Source: Gammaproteobacteria bacterium (GTDB taxonomy: Bacteria > Pseudomonadota > Gammaproteobacteria > UBA4575). Taken from it: 64,000 bases of DNA. This document shows, piece by piece, positions 22,805 through 32,471 of the stretch (positions are counted from its first letter, which is position 1; each line of letters starts with the position of its first letter). A program made the translations under genes and the position numbers. The stretch is taken from the NCBI GenBank assembly GCA_026710875.1, contig JAPOQE010000107.1, positions 6,208-70,207 on the forward strand, read 5' to 3'. Under the pieces are notes generated by a model that saw only the letters and a program-made list of their open reading frames with translations, did no database searches and had not been told where the DNA came from.

Positions 22805-23015
22805 GCAATCCCATATCTGGGGGGCGCTATTGTGGAATAGTTGCCTCGTAAGGGCAACAGCTACATGGCAGCGCAACTGCAAAAGTCGGTATGATCGCGT
22901 CTCCTTTTCTGTCATCCCAGCGTGAATATGGGAGACAATCCCTCTTGTGCAGGTAGAACTGTGGCCAGACCTTGTCTATGGGAAAATTCCAGAAATGTAA
23001 TTTCCGCGTTTTGGT

Positions 23016-25025
23016 CTACGCTGTCGCAGCAACTTCGATGGGGTGTCTATACCGTACAACCCGAAACCCGAACTTCTTGCTTGGGCTGAGTTTTGGCAAT
23101 GGATTGATCTTCAGTTTGTAATTAGCAGGGTCCATTTCCAATTCGAGGTGACGGGCAATCAAGAGCAGATTGACAGCCATTTGCAGCTCGGTCCAGCGGG
23201 ATCCTCCGCACATATGCGTCCCGACGCCGAATGGCGCATAAATACCGCTGGCCTGTTTGTGTTCGTTCCGGGGCGGTGTGTACCTATCAATATCAAAAGC
23301 GTCTGGATCCTTGAAATGCTGTTCATCATAATGAACTGATGAAAAGGCCACCAGAACGGTACTGTAGGCTGGTATTTCCATACCCTCGACCTCAAATGCG
23401 TTCATCGCAGTGCGCAGGTGTATCGGTACTACCGGATACCGCCGCAGTGTTTCCATGACAAACCGGCGGGTTACGTCTATGGCGTGCGGGCTGAGATCTG
23501 CCCCAACCGGGTCTCCATCTGCAAATAGTGCATCAGCCTCAGCAGCAATCCGATCCCGCAGATCGGGGTGCATCAACAGCTCATAGATTGCAAAAGCCAT
23601 TGCACTTCCCAGGTAGTGCCCAGCAATTATCGGGGCAATAAATGCGAACCCCATATCGGTTTCCGGCAGGAACTGGGGGTCTGACTGGTGGAGCGCCATC
23701 AGGTCGTCTACCAGGTCCCGCCGCTTGCCCTCCCGTTGCGCGGGCGTATGTGTCGCATGGATTTGGGTATAGAGCTCAAGAACACGCGCATGCGCTCGCT
23801 TCATGGCCGGCGTACGCAGTGTAAACTTCGGTAACATGCGGTATAGATGAACCAGCAGCGCCCGGTATTCAAATTTGATGAGGTCGTCAAGGATATCAGT
23901 AGGTTCGATACTGACGCTGAGCTGTGCGACCTGCTCGCCAATCATTCGCTGGCAAGCATCTTCGCCGGATACTGTCTTCCCGATACCCCATTTGGCGAAC
24001 GCACGCCTGCCAAGATCCAGCACTTCATTCAGCCGATCCTCAACCACTGCACGGGAGTTGCCTGCCTGCACCGCTTTACGCATTCGAAAGTGATCTGCCC
24101 CGTCCAGGCTGGCTATGGACCGTGCGGTTCCCCACTCCTGCTGAAAGTCCTCGAGATAATCCCGAGTGCGCAGATAAAGTCTTCCCTTGTGTCCCACCCA
24201 ACGATTCAACTCCGCACTCGCGAACACGATCATCTCGCGGCCAGGGGCATTGATCTGGAAAATTGGCCCCAACTCCTTGCTTTTCTCCGCTATGAACTTG
24301 GGAATATTACCGGACCGGAAGGTTCGCGAGGCAAGCATGCCAAAAGGTCCGATGACTGGAATCGAGGGCCGCTGCACAGAGCGTATAGCTGAAGGCGGAC
24401 GATAGGAACTGAGTACGGCGGCCCCAATGGTCCGTCCGATTAAATCCATTCCACTGAAGAGCTTGATTCGATCCTCGGCAAGCTCGTATTCCTCTGGCTC
24501 GAGCATTGCACGAATTCCGCCACAGCTATTCATGAGGCCAATAATCGCAAAATCGCGCGGATCCGGAATTTCATCATCAAGCAGTGCACGCATGATTCTG
24601 CTCTTGACCTCTTCTCCAATCTTGCCATCCACAGTGGGGTATCGCCTCGAACGGGCAACCTTCCCCGACAAGGACCAGAATCCCCCGGAGTCCGCATTGA
24701 GCACACCGATTTTGACCAGCCGGTCAAGCGCCATCTCACTGATTTCATCTGAGCGCCGCGCGATGCGCTCCACCCAGTATTGAGGAGAATGTACTCGGGT
24801 ATCCGTCACAATCTCTTCCAGCACAGGGTCCAGGAGCTCATCACCGGTGGGTGTTGGATCGAGCAAGGTAAGCGTTTGCAGGTCCGAGTCGATGCGGTTC
24901 TCCAGGGAGAGGTCGATCAGAACACCACCTGCAAGCACACAGGACAAACTCCACTCGGGAATAGGGATGAAATAGCCCGTCTCCTCATTCAGCAACAACA
25001 AGAGTATTTCTTCAGCAAATCGCAT
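23016..25025 (-). CDS. GPP34/GOLPH3-like domain fused to cytochrome P450
   Basis: 669 aa. N-terminal ~215 aa: L.AEE.LLLLL.EE.G start and DP.PTGDE.LD block typical of GPP34. C-terminal ~440 aa: ExxR (ETLRR), PERF-like FDIDRY, heme-thiolate loop FGVGTHMCGG. Confidence 0.8.
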   Translation of the reverse strand: MRFAEEILLLLLNEETGYFIPIPEWSLSCVLAGGVLIDLSLENRIDSDLQTLTLLDPTPTGDELLDPVLEEIVTDTRVHSPQYWVERIARRSDEISEMALDRLVKIGVLNADSGGFWSLSGKVARSRRYPTVDGKIGEEVKSRIMRALLDDEIPDPRDFAIIGLMNSCGGIRAMLEPEEYELAEDRIKLFSGMDLIGRTIGAAVLSSYRPPSAIRSVQRPSIPVIGPFGMLASRTFRSGNIPKFIAEKSKELGPIFQINAPGREMIVFASAELNRWVGHKGRLYLRTRDYLEDFQQEWGTARSIASLDGADHFRMRKAVQAGNSRAVVEDRLNEVLDLGRRAFAKWGIGKTVSGEDACQRMIGEQVAQLSVSIEPTDILDDLIKFEYRALLVHLYRMLPKFTLRTPAMKRAHARVLELYTQIHATHTPAQREGKRRDLVDDLMALHQSDPQFLPETDMGFAFIAPIIAGHYLGSAMAFAIYELLMHPDLRDRIAAEADALFADGDPVGADLSPHAIDVTRRFVMETLRRYPVVPIHLRTAMNAFEVEGMEIPAYSTVLVAFSSVHYDEQHFKDPDAFDIDRYTPPRNEHKQASGIYAPFGVGTHMCGGSRWTELQMAVNLLLIARHLELEMDPANYKLKINPLPKLSPSKKFGFRVVRYRHPIEVAATA

Positions 25026-25091
25026 GACTCATATCCTGTTTCGAGAACTCGAGACTATTCATTGAAACTGAACACAATGTTTCCAAAAACA

Positions 25092-26165
25092 CTATGCCTG
25101 GACTGATTGAAGGTTACGCTTGGACAGATACCCATCCTGATGCTCAGGATAAAACTGTTCACAATAGCGCCTATAGACAGCAATCTCGCCGTCAGAACGG
25201 CACAGTTGCGGACGGGATCGATAATGCTTCCGACTCCAAATCACCACGTCCTGTAAGACGTCTCGTTTTTGTACCGATATGATGATTTTGCTCATGATTC
25301 TTGTGCGCAAGCCGGCAGGCATGAAACGCATACCAATGATAGGCCGCTTTGGCTTGCGCATTTCCCGTAATTGCCCAACCAGCACCAAGTCAATAAGTGT
25401 TCCATCGACAGGCGTTGCAAGCACCCATAACCTTGCATCCATACCCAGGGTGCGTTCGTAGATCTGCACAAACGAGTAGCCGAGCCCATAGACATGAGCA
25501 ACTGCGGAAACATCGAATATGAAGCTCATGACACCTGCAATCTTTTGGGTTCTTCTGAATTCAAAACAACTTTCTAGACAAGCTCCCTTTACAGATACCG
25601 ATGCCGTCCTACTCACATTGCTGTAACCATGTACATAGCGTAAATGTGCCATATCCACGGCATTCTCAGTGGTTTCCTGGGGATGACCAGGAAACTGCAT
25701 GGATCGAAATTCCAGCTCGCCCCAATCAGGGCCGGTTGGCGGGTCCTCAGGCAGGTGCCACTGAGAAGGCCGCCCATTAGTCCCCCACCAGGCGAAGACG
25801 AGACCAAGAAGTTCCCGTGTCTCAAACACATGCAGTTTAGCGGACTCGGGAGGAGGAGCAAAGGGTGTGGTAACGCATTGGCCACAGACATCGTATTCAA
25901 ATCCGTGAAAGGGACAGACGAGGCAACCGTTACGTACTTGGCCCCCTGCTTCAGGACCCAGCTCTGAACCCATATGTGGACACACTGACTCGGCTACGCA
26001 AATGCACCCTTCATTGTCGCACCAAACAACGATCTGAATACCCAGCCAGGTCTTTTGAATCAGCTTTTCCTTGACTATGGATTTAAGACTGGCCACAAAA
26101 TACCAGCCTTCTGGAAATGGAAAAAGCAAGGAGGAATCACTGCGTTTGGTTTGACTTGCCTTCAT
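25092..26165 (-). CDS. Rieske [2Fe-2S] non-heme iron oxygenase, alpha-only type (KshA/PaO/Neverland-like size)
   Basis: 357 aa; Rieske CPH..x19..CPFH; mononuclear iron motif D-x2-H-x4-H (DMAHLRYVH). Confidence 0.8.
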   Translation of the reverse strand: MKASQTKRSDSSLLFPFPEGWYFVASLKSIVKEKLIQKTWLGIQIVVWCDNEGCICVAESVCPHMGSELGPEAGGQVRNGCLVCPFHGFEYDVCGQCVTTPFAPPPESAKLHVFETRELLGLVFAWWGTNGRPSQWHLPEDPPTGPDWGELEFRSMQFPGHPQETTENAVDMAHLRYVHGYSNVSRTASVSVKGACLESCFEFRRTQKIAGVMSFIFDVSAVAHVYGLGYSFVQIYERTLGMDARLWVLATPVDGTLIDLVLVGQLREMRKPKRPIIGMRFMPAGLRTRIMSKIIISVQKRDVLQDVVIWSRKHYRSRPQLCRSDGEIAVYRRYCEQFYPEHQDGYLSKRNLQSVQA

Positions 26166-26189
26166 TTCTCACCAGATGTCTCATAAGTT

Positions 26190-26224
26190 TGGCAAATCCC
26201 ATTTAGACCATTTGGATTGCCAAA
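26190..26224. promoter_or_regulatory. candidate operator palindrome upstream of Rieske/P450 genes
   Basis: TTGGCAAATCC-n14-GGATTGCCAA inverted repeat plus adjacent CCATGGTACC palindrome, in the 328-bp gap between the RND stop and the Rieske start. Confidence 0.25.
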
Positions 26225-26493
26225 GATACCATATCCATGGTACCAAAAGGCACAGTTCCATAGCAGCGCTATGCAGATTTATTGTAGCGAGTCAGCTAGT
26301 GGGTTACTAATACTCAATCCATTCCGGATGCATCAAAACTTGTCCAAGACTTCGTAGGGCTTCAGAAACTTCCGGGGCCTGTCGTGCAGACCCCGGAGTC
26401 GTGCAAGGACAGGTGATGCCATGAACCTACAGCACCAGACTCAGAGCAAAAGGTCTCACGGTATTGCGCGAGCAGCCTCTAGCTTGAAGTTAT

Positions 26494-29400
26494 TCAGTCA
26501 GCGGGCTGGGGTACAGCCGGGACAGGGGAATCCGCTTCATCATGGCGGATCCTCTTACGCAGATGAATGGCCATCAGCGCAGGTACAACCATCATCAGTA
26601 TCGCCGTCGTTATCATGATCCCGAAACCGAGCGATGCTGCAAAAGGAACCAGGAACTGGGCCTGTATGGCGCGCTCCAGTATGAGAGGCATGAACCCAAG
26701 GAATGTGGTCACGGAAGTGAGAAAAATTGGACGAAAACGCCCCTTGGCACCTTCAATAATCGCGGTTCGGGGAGAGGCCCCTTCGTTGAGCCGCTGGTCG
26801 ATGAAATCGATCATCACCAGAGAGTCGTTCACAACTACGCCGCTCAGGCCAAAACTACCCATGAAGGATGCAGCACTCATGGCAACCCCGAGTACCCAGT
26901 GCCCCAGGATCGCACCAACCAGACCGAACGGTATAACGGCCATGATTATAAACGGCTTGGTATAGGAACGTAGGGGGATCGCCAACAACGCAAATATCAT
27001 GAGCAAGGCGAGCACAAAACCACGATTCAGCGAGTCCAGGGACTCCATCTGCTGCTGTTGTTCGCCTCCAAACGTGTAGGTCAGGTCAGGATAATCCGCC
27101 TCTAGGCCTGCAAGAATTGAATCCGCCAAGATGGTATTGGCTTCTCTGCCGGAGATTACAGTCTGGTCGATATCTGCCGTTATTGTCGCCACACGCTGAC
27201 CGTCTTTGCGTCGAACCGATGGCGGTGAAATGCCTGATTTGAGCCGAGCTACCTGGCTTAACGGAACCTCAGCGCCACCCGGAGTATGGATCAGGTACCC
27301 TTCGATATCAGTGATGGCATTGCGTTCGCTGGCCGGCAGTCGCACATAGACTTTGACTTCTTCGCGCCCTCGCTGCACCCGCAAGGCCTCCGCACCGAAG
27401 AATGCTGAACGGGTTTGCTGGGCCAGTTCTTCAAGTGTGATACCAAGCGTGCGTGCTTCGGCGCGCAACTCAAGCTGGATCTCCCGAATTCCCGGTGAAT
27501 GATCGGAGCGGACGTCAAAGACACCCCCTACACCGCGGAGGCCGCGAACCACGGAATTCGCAATTTCGGCAAGGCGCTCCGTATCCGGGTGCGACAATAC
27601 GGCTTCAACAGGATTGCCAAGATCGATAATCTCTCCGCTGAAAGTGAGGCCCCGGACATAGGGTGGCAAACCCACTTCCTCCCGCCATGCATCCACGACT
27701 GCCCTGGTAGAAAGCTGACGCTGTTGTGCACTCAGCAACTTAAACTCTATGGTGGCAATATTAGCTTCAGGATTCAGTGTGGGTGCAGGTACCAGCCCGC
27801 CCCCTTCAACACGAGGTCCCTGACCGACAATTACGGTTACACCTGAAAGCAAGGAAGGCGCGCCCTCCCCTCGGTCACGCGAAAGTCGTTCGATCACCCG
27901 GTGCCCGGCAGCCTTCAGTTCCCTTGCCACTTCGTACGTTCTTTGTGCGGTCGTTCCATCAGGCATTTCCAGGCTTGCCGTAACAAAATCGCCCTCGACC
28001 ACATCAGCAAACGTTGTCTTCACAATGCCGGCCGGGACCAGGGATACGCAGACGATGAGCAGGCCAATGGCTGCCGAGAACGTAATCACGGGCTCGGCCG
28101 TTGCGTAACGCAGCCCACGATCAAGGGGACCCGCTAGAAACTTGTCTAGCATTCGATCTACAGCGCCCTGGACCCTTGCAAAGAACCGGTCAACAGGACC
28201 GGTTGGCTCCCAATCCGGGCCATGCAGATGAGACAGATGGTTTGGCAGGATCAGCTGTGACTCAACCAGAGAGATCAGCAACATTGCTATGATAATTATC
28301 GGCAACGCACCCCATATTTCCCCGATACCACCCGGAATAAAAAGCAATGGGGAGAACGCAGCCACTGAGGTAAGGACAGCAAAGGTCAAGGGTACTTTGA
28401 TTCGCCGCGCGCCACGGACCGCTGCCACAACACCGGGCGCACCTTGCTTGCGCTCATAATGGATGTGCTCGGCCACGACGATGGCATCATCAACCACGAT
28501 ACCGATGGCAAGAACAAACGCGAACAGGGAGATTGTGTTAATTGCAATATCAAGGGTCAACATGACGGCAAGAGCGCCGATTCCTGAAACAGCCAGGCCG
28601 GCCGCCACCCAAACAGCGAGTCGAATTTCCATAAACAAGGCCAGAGCAATGAATACCAGCAGCAGGCCCAGGGTTCCATTCTTGACAAGGAGATCGACGC
28701 GTTCGGCGTAGGTCTGGGATTCGTCATTCCATATCGTGATACCCACACCATCTGGGAGTGATGGAATGATTACGTTGGCTACGTGTTCCTGTACAGCCGT
28801 CGCGACATCCATCACCTGTTCTCCCTCCGATCGGTATACCTCGACGAAGGCGGCAGGTTGGTTCTGATGTCTGATGATCAGGTCGGTGTCACGGAAACCG
28901 TCACGTACCGTGGCAATCTCTCCCAGACGCACCACGGTACCGTCGTTGCGGCTGAGGATGACGATTTCTTCAAAATCCTGCTGGTCATAGCGCTGCCCGA
29001 GAGTACGCACGCGTACTTGGGCATCATGTGTTTCGATACTGCCTGCTGACAGATCAAGGGACCCATGGCGGATCGTGTTTGCAATGTCGGCCAGGGTAAG
29101 GCCCAAGGCACGAAGGCGGGAGAGTGGTACTTCGATAGAGATCTCGTAATCACGTACACCACTGGTTTCAACTGATGAAATGGCGGGCAGAGAAGCGAGT
29201 TCATCCTCAACCTCGTACGCCAACTCCTTGAGTGAACGTTCAGAGATATTGCCATAGACAAGGAGACGAATGACGCTCTGCCTGTTGGTCATCTCCCTAA
29301 ACTCGGGACGCTCTGCTCCACCCGGGAAGGACTGGATGCGGCCTACTGCAGTCTTGATATCGTCCAATGCACGGCCGATATCCGTGCCAGATTTCAGTTC

Positions 29401-29712
29401 GATTCTGATTGAGGCCATTCCTGGCGCAGCTATCGACTTGACCGTTTTTACATCCTCCAGCGAGTCGACCTGCTCCTCGATCTTCACCACGATCGACTCC
29501 TCCACCTCCTCTGGTGTAGCCCCGGGGTAAGCCATGGAAACTTCCACTGTGTTGAATGGCAGGGTGGGCCAGGCTTCTCGCTCGAGTCCAGTCAACGCCA
29601 CCAGACCGGCCGCCAGTATGGCAAACATGAAGAGATTGGAGGCGACACTATTATTCGCCATATAGGCGATAGGTCCGCCTGGCTCTTTTGGATGACTTGC
29701 GGTGCTGCTCAT
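26494..29712 (-). CDS. RND efflux transporter permease (HAE-type, AcrB-like)
   Basis: 1072 aa, 12-TM RND architecture; TM4 region AIGIVVDDAIVVAEH carries the DD pair of HAE1 pumps, not the D-x3-D-x3-E of HME pumps. Confidence 0.85.
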   Translation of the reverse strand: MSSTASHPKEPGGPIAYMANNSVASNLFMFAILAAGLVALTGLEREAWPTLPFNTVEVSMAYPGATPEEVEESIVVKIEEQVDSLEDVKTVKSIAAPGMASIRIELKSGTDIGRALDDIKTAVGRIQSFPGGAERPEFREMTNRQSVIRLLVYGNISERSLKELAYEVEDELASLPAISSVETSGVRDYEISIEVPLSRLRALGLTLADIANTIRHGSLDLSAGSIETHDAQVRVRTLGQRYDQQDFEEIVILSRNDGTVVRLGEIATVRDGFRDTDLIIRHQNQPAAFVEVYRSEGEQVMDVATAVQEHVANVIIPSLPDGVGITIWNDESQTYAERVDLLVKNGTLGLLLVFIALALFMEIRLAVWVAAGLAVSGIGALAVMLTLDIAINTISLFAFVLAIGIVVDDAIVVAEHIHYERKQGAPGVVAAVRGARRIKVPLTFAVLTSVAAFSPLLFIPGGIGEIWGALPIIIIAMLLISLVESQLILPNHLSHLHGPDWEPTGPVDRFFARVQGAVDRMLDKFLAGPLDRGLRYATAEPVITFSAAIGLLIVCVSLVPAGIVKTTFADVVEGDFVTASLEMPDGTTAQRTYEVARELKAAGHRVIERLSRDRGEGAPSLLSGVTVIVGQGPRVEGGGLVPAPTLNPEANIATIEFKLLSAQQRQLSTRAVVDAWREEVGLPPYVRGLTFSGEIIDLGNPVEAVLSHPDTERLAEIANSVVRGLRGVGGVFDVRSDHSPGIREIQLELRAEARTLGITLEELAQQTRSAFFGAEALRVQRGREEVKVYVRLPASERNAITDIEGYLIHTPGGAEVPLSQVARLKSGISPPSVRRKDGQRVATITADIDQTVISGREANTILADSILAGLEADYPDLTYTFGGEQQQQMESLDSLNRGFVLALLMIFALLAIPLRSYTKPFIIMAVIPFGLVGAILGHWVLGVAMSAASFMGSFGLSGVVVNDSLVMIDFIDQRLNEGASPRTAIIEGAKGRFRPIFLTSVTTFLGFMPLILERAIQAQFLVPFAASLGFGIMITTAILMMVVPALMAIHLRKRIRHDEADSPVPAVPQPAD

Positions 29713-29717
29713 TATTC

Positions 29718-30938
29718 CTAATCGGTCCCGCTGCGAACCTGCATACCTTCAGTGGCGAACTGGATGCCTCCAATGACGACTGCCTGGCCATCCTTGAGCG
29801 CACCAGTGACATAGATTTCAGCATCACCGCGCTGCAGGATCTGTACCGGGACGATACTGATCGTTTGGTCATCACGAATAGTCCATATTTCATTGCCCGA
29901 TTGCAGCGCCAAGCGCGGTACGCGGAAATAGCTTTCTGGTGCAATTCCCCTGATCTCGACCTCCACGAACTTACCTACCAGCAGAGGGGGGCCGTTGTCT
30001 GAATGAGGGGCTGCATTTACCGGAGCACCTGTGGAGAATGGTTCAGGTACACGCACAATCACATCGATGGTTCGTGTCTGCTTGTCAAGCGAGGCTTCAG
30101 CGCGATCGACATGACCGTCCCAGGTATACCTCTGATCACCGTACCGGGCAGTCACACGAGCGGCCACCTGATGTTTGGAATCTCCCGCCTGCAAACTCCA
30201 CAAGTCTGGAATCAAGGCAGTGTTGGCATCAGATAGGGGCACAACCACCTCAACAGAATCGGCGGCAAACAATCGCCCAATGGCCTGGCCGACCGTCAAG
30301 AATTGTCCAATGCCTACCGACTCTTCCCGCACATAGCCATCAAAGGGTGCTTTCACCTTTGTCCGGGACAATGCCAGCCTGGCTTCTGCCACTCTGGCCT
30401 CTTCCCGCTTTAGTGCAGCTTGGGCCGCCTTCAACTGGGGTTCGCGCAGGACCAGGGGACTCGCCTGCTCGACTGTAGACCCTGACTCAAGCTGGCGCCC
30501 GGAGTACTGTTCATATTCAGTTCGCGCGACTGCGGCCAGTTCCTGGGCTTCAAGTAGCCCCACTTTCCGGTCCTCGAAATCGGCCATGGCCTCCCGAAGA
30601 CGGTACAGATAGTCCGCTTCTTCGATTCGAAAGAGTGTCTCATCAGCCTCTACGCGACCCCCACTATGAAAGCTTGGATTTACCCAGACGACTCTGCCAC
30701 TGACCTGGGGAGTAACATCAATTTCTGCACTTGGCCGTACTGTGCCAGCACCGTACACGGGGATCGGCCCGGCACCAGCCGTCACATGAGCTGACTGGAC
30801 AAACGGGATTTGGGGAGGCAGCTCACGGCGTTCCGGTTCAGGGGCCAACGACACCAGAAAGACTGCCAGCACTCCCGCGCCAGCGAGGATGGCCAATGCA
30901 AGCAAGTAACCCCTGAATCTGCTGATGAGACTGTTCAT
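29718..30938 (-). CDS. RND efflux periplasmic adaptor (membrane fusion protein)
   Basis: 406 aa; N-terminal TM anchor, coiled-coil segment, beta-barrel; located between the OMF and RND genes. Confidence 0.8.
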   Translation of the reverse strand: MNSLISRFRGYLLALAILAGAGVLAVFLVSLAPEPERRELPPQIPFVQSAHVTAGAGPIPVYGAGTVRPSAEIDVTPQVSGRVVWVNPSFHSGGRVEADETLFRIEEADYLYRLREAMADFEDRKVGLLEAQELAAVARTEYEQYSGRQLESGSTVEQASPLVLREPQLKAAQAALKREEARVAEARLALSRTKVKAPFDGYVREESVGIGQFLTVGQAIGRLFAADSVEVVVPLSDANTALIPDLWSLQAGDSKHQVAARVTARYGDQRYTWDGHVDRAEASLDKQTRTIDVIVRVPEPFSTGAPVNAAPHSDNGPPLLVGKFVEVEIRGIAPESYFRVPRLALQSGNEIWTIRDDQTISIVPVQILQRGDAEIYVTGALKDGQAVVIGGIQFATEGMQVRSGTD

Positions 30939-30944
30939 ACTGTT

Positions 30945-32471
30945 TTACTCGATAGGTAAGGCTGCCACCTTGGAGTTTGCAGCCTGTGGAGGGTTGCTGA
31001 TTTGTACATTATCTGGATGAGTGTCGATCCACGTGCCACCGAGGGCGCGGTGCAGTGCAAGCCGCATGTAGCCCAGGTCTCGCTCTGCCGCAACGAGTGA
31101 AGTACTCACACTGCTCAGGGTTTCCGAGGCCGCCAGATAGTCATCAAAATCCCCAACGCCAGATCGGTAGCGCCGCTCCTGAAAGGCGGCCTCTGCCCGA
31201 GCTTCCTCAACAGAAGATGTCAGCAAGGCATGGCGATTGTAGCTGGCCTCCAGTTGGGCAAGAACAGTCTCGACCTCATTGACTGCCTCGACCACAGAGC
31301 GCTTATATGCAAAAGCGGCTTCTTTCAGGCGTGACTCTGCAAGGGTTACCTTGTGACGTAATCGTTTGCCCTGCAATGCCGGTCCCGCCAGGTTCAGGGT
31401 CAGATTCTTGAACCACTGAGACGCATTGAACCATTGATCAGTGTCCGAACCCTGCAGCCCGATAGAACCCGACAGCGATAAGGATGGCAGAAGGTCTGCA
31501 CGGCGGGCACCTACCGCATAGCGGGCCGCTTCCATTCGCTGCCACGCTGCACCGACATCGGGGCGCTGAGTAAGAAGATCAGCTGCTATACCTGCAGGAA
31601 CGGGATCGAGTACAACGGGTGCTGAAAAGGAATCAGGTAACATGCCTGCCAGGTCTGCTCGGTACCCTCCCAACAACACCCAGAGTCGTCCCTCGGCATC
31701 CGCCAGCTGACCCCGGATCGCTGGCAACTCGGCCTGCGAATTCCACAGCTTCAGCCGTGCCGTGTAGAGCTCACGCGCAGTGTTCAACCCACGATGGTAT
31801 CGGGTTGTGGTGAGTTTCTCACGATCTTGCAGGACAGCCACAATATTATCCAGCAACCCAAGATGGCGCCGGAGATGCGTAACTTCAATATACGTATGTA
31901 TGGTTTGCGCAATGATCCCTATACGGGCAGCACGGTAGTCCCACTCAGTAGCCAGATGCTCTGCACGGACAGCATACGCATCATTGCGGTTGCGATTCCA
32001 GAAGTCAGCTTCATACGAAAAGTTTGCACTCAAGGAATAGGTCGTGACCCCGAGTCTGTCCGGTACAGCGATGCCAAACTCCTGTTTGAGTTCCGGGCTC
32101 AGCCCGATCTCTTCAATTTGCTCGCCGATGCCGGCATTGGTAGGAGAATCCGTTTCTTCCACCCCTGCCGATGGCTGCAGCTCAGGGTATCTTACTGCGT
32201 TTGCAATGCGCGCTCGGGCCCGGGCTTGCTCAACACGAGCGACTGCTTCTGCAAGGTCAAAGTTCGAAGCCAGTACAGTTTCAATCACTTGGTCAAGCGC
32301 CGGGTCATTGTATGCTTTCCACCACTCCAGTGACTCGTAGGACTTGGCTACACCATCACCAGTGAATTTCTCGGGCAATTGGGGTGCTGGCTCAGGCGCC
32401 GGCAGGATTGAGTATTGTGAACACGCAGATAGCAGGAATCCAATTACGACAGATATCAGCACCACTTGCAT
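30945..32471 (-). CDS. efflux outer-membrane factor lipoprotein (NodT/TolC family)
   Basis: Start trimmed to MQVVLISVVIGFLLSAC (lipobox LSAC); two TolC-like repeats; the ORF's 61-aa N-terminal extension is unlikely to be translated. Confidence 0.8.
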   Translation of the reverse strand: MQVVLISVVIGFLLSACSQYSILPAPEPAPQLPEKFTGDGVAKSYESLEWWKAYNDPALDQVIETVLASNFDLAEAVARVEQARARARIANAVRYPELQPSAGVEETDSPTNAGIGEQIEEIGLSPELKQEFGIAVPDRLGVTTYSLSANFSYEADFWNRNRNDAYAVRAEHLATEWDYRAARIGIIAQTIHTYIEVTHLRRHLGLLDNIVAVLQDREKLTTTRYHRGLNTARELYTARLKLWNSQAELPAIRGQLADAEGRLWVLLGGYRADLAGMLPDSFSAPVVLDPVPAGIAADLLTQRPDVGAAWQRMEAARYAVGARRADLLPSLSLSGSIGLQGSDTDQWFNASQWFKNLTLNLAGPALQGKRLRHKVTLAESRLKEAAFAYKRSVVEAVNEVETVLAQLEASYNRHALLTSSVEEARAEAAFQERRYRSGVGDFDDYLAASETLSSVSTSLVAAERDLGYMRLALHRALGGTWIDTHPDNVQISNPPQAANSKVAALPIE

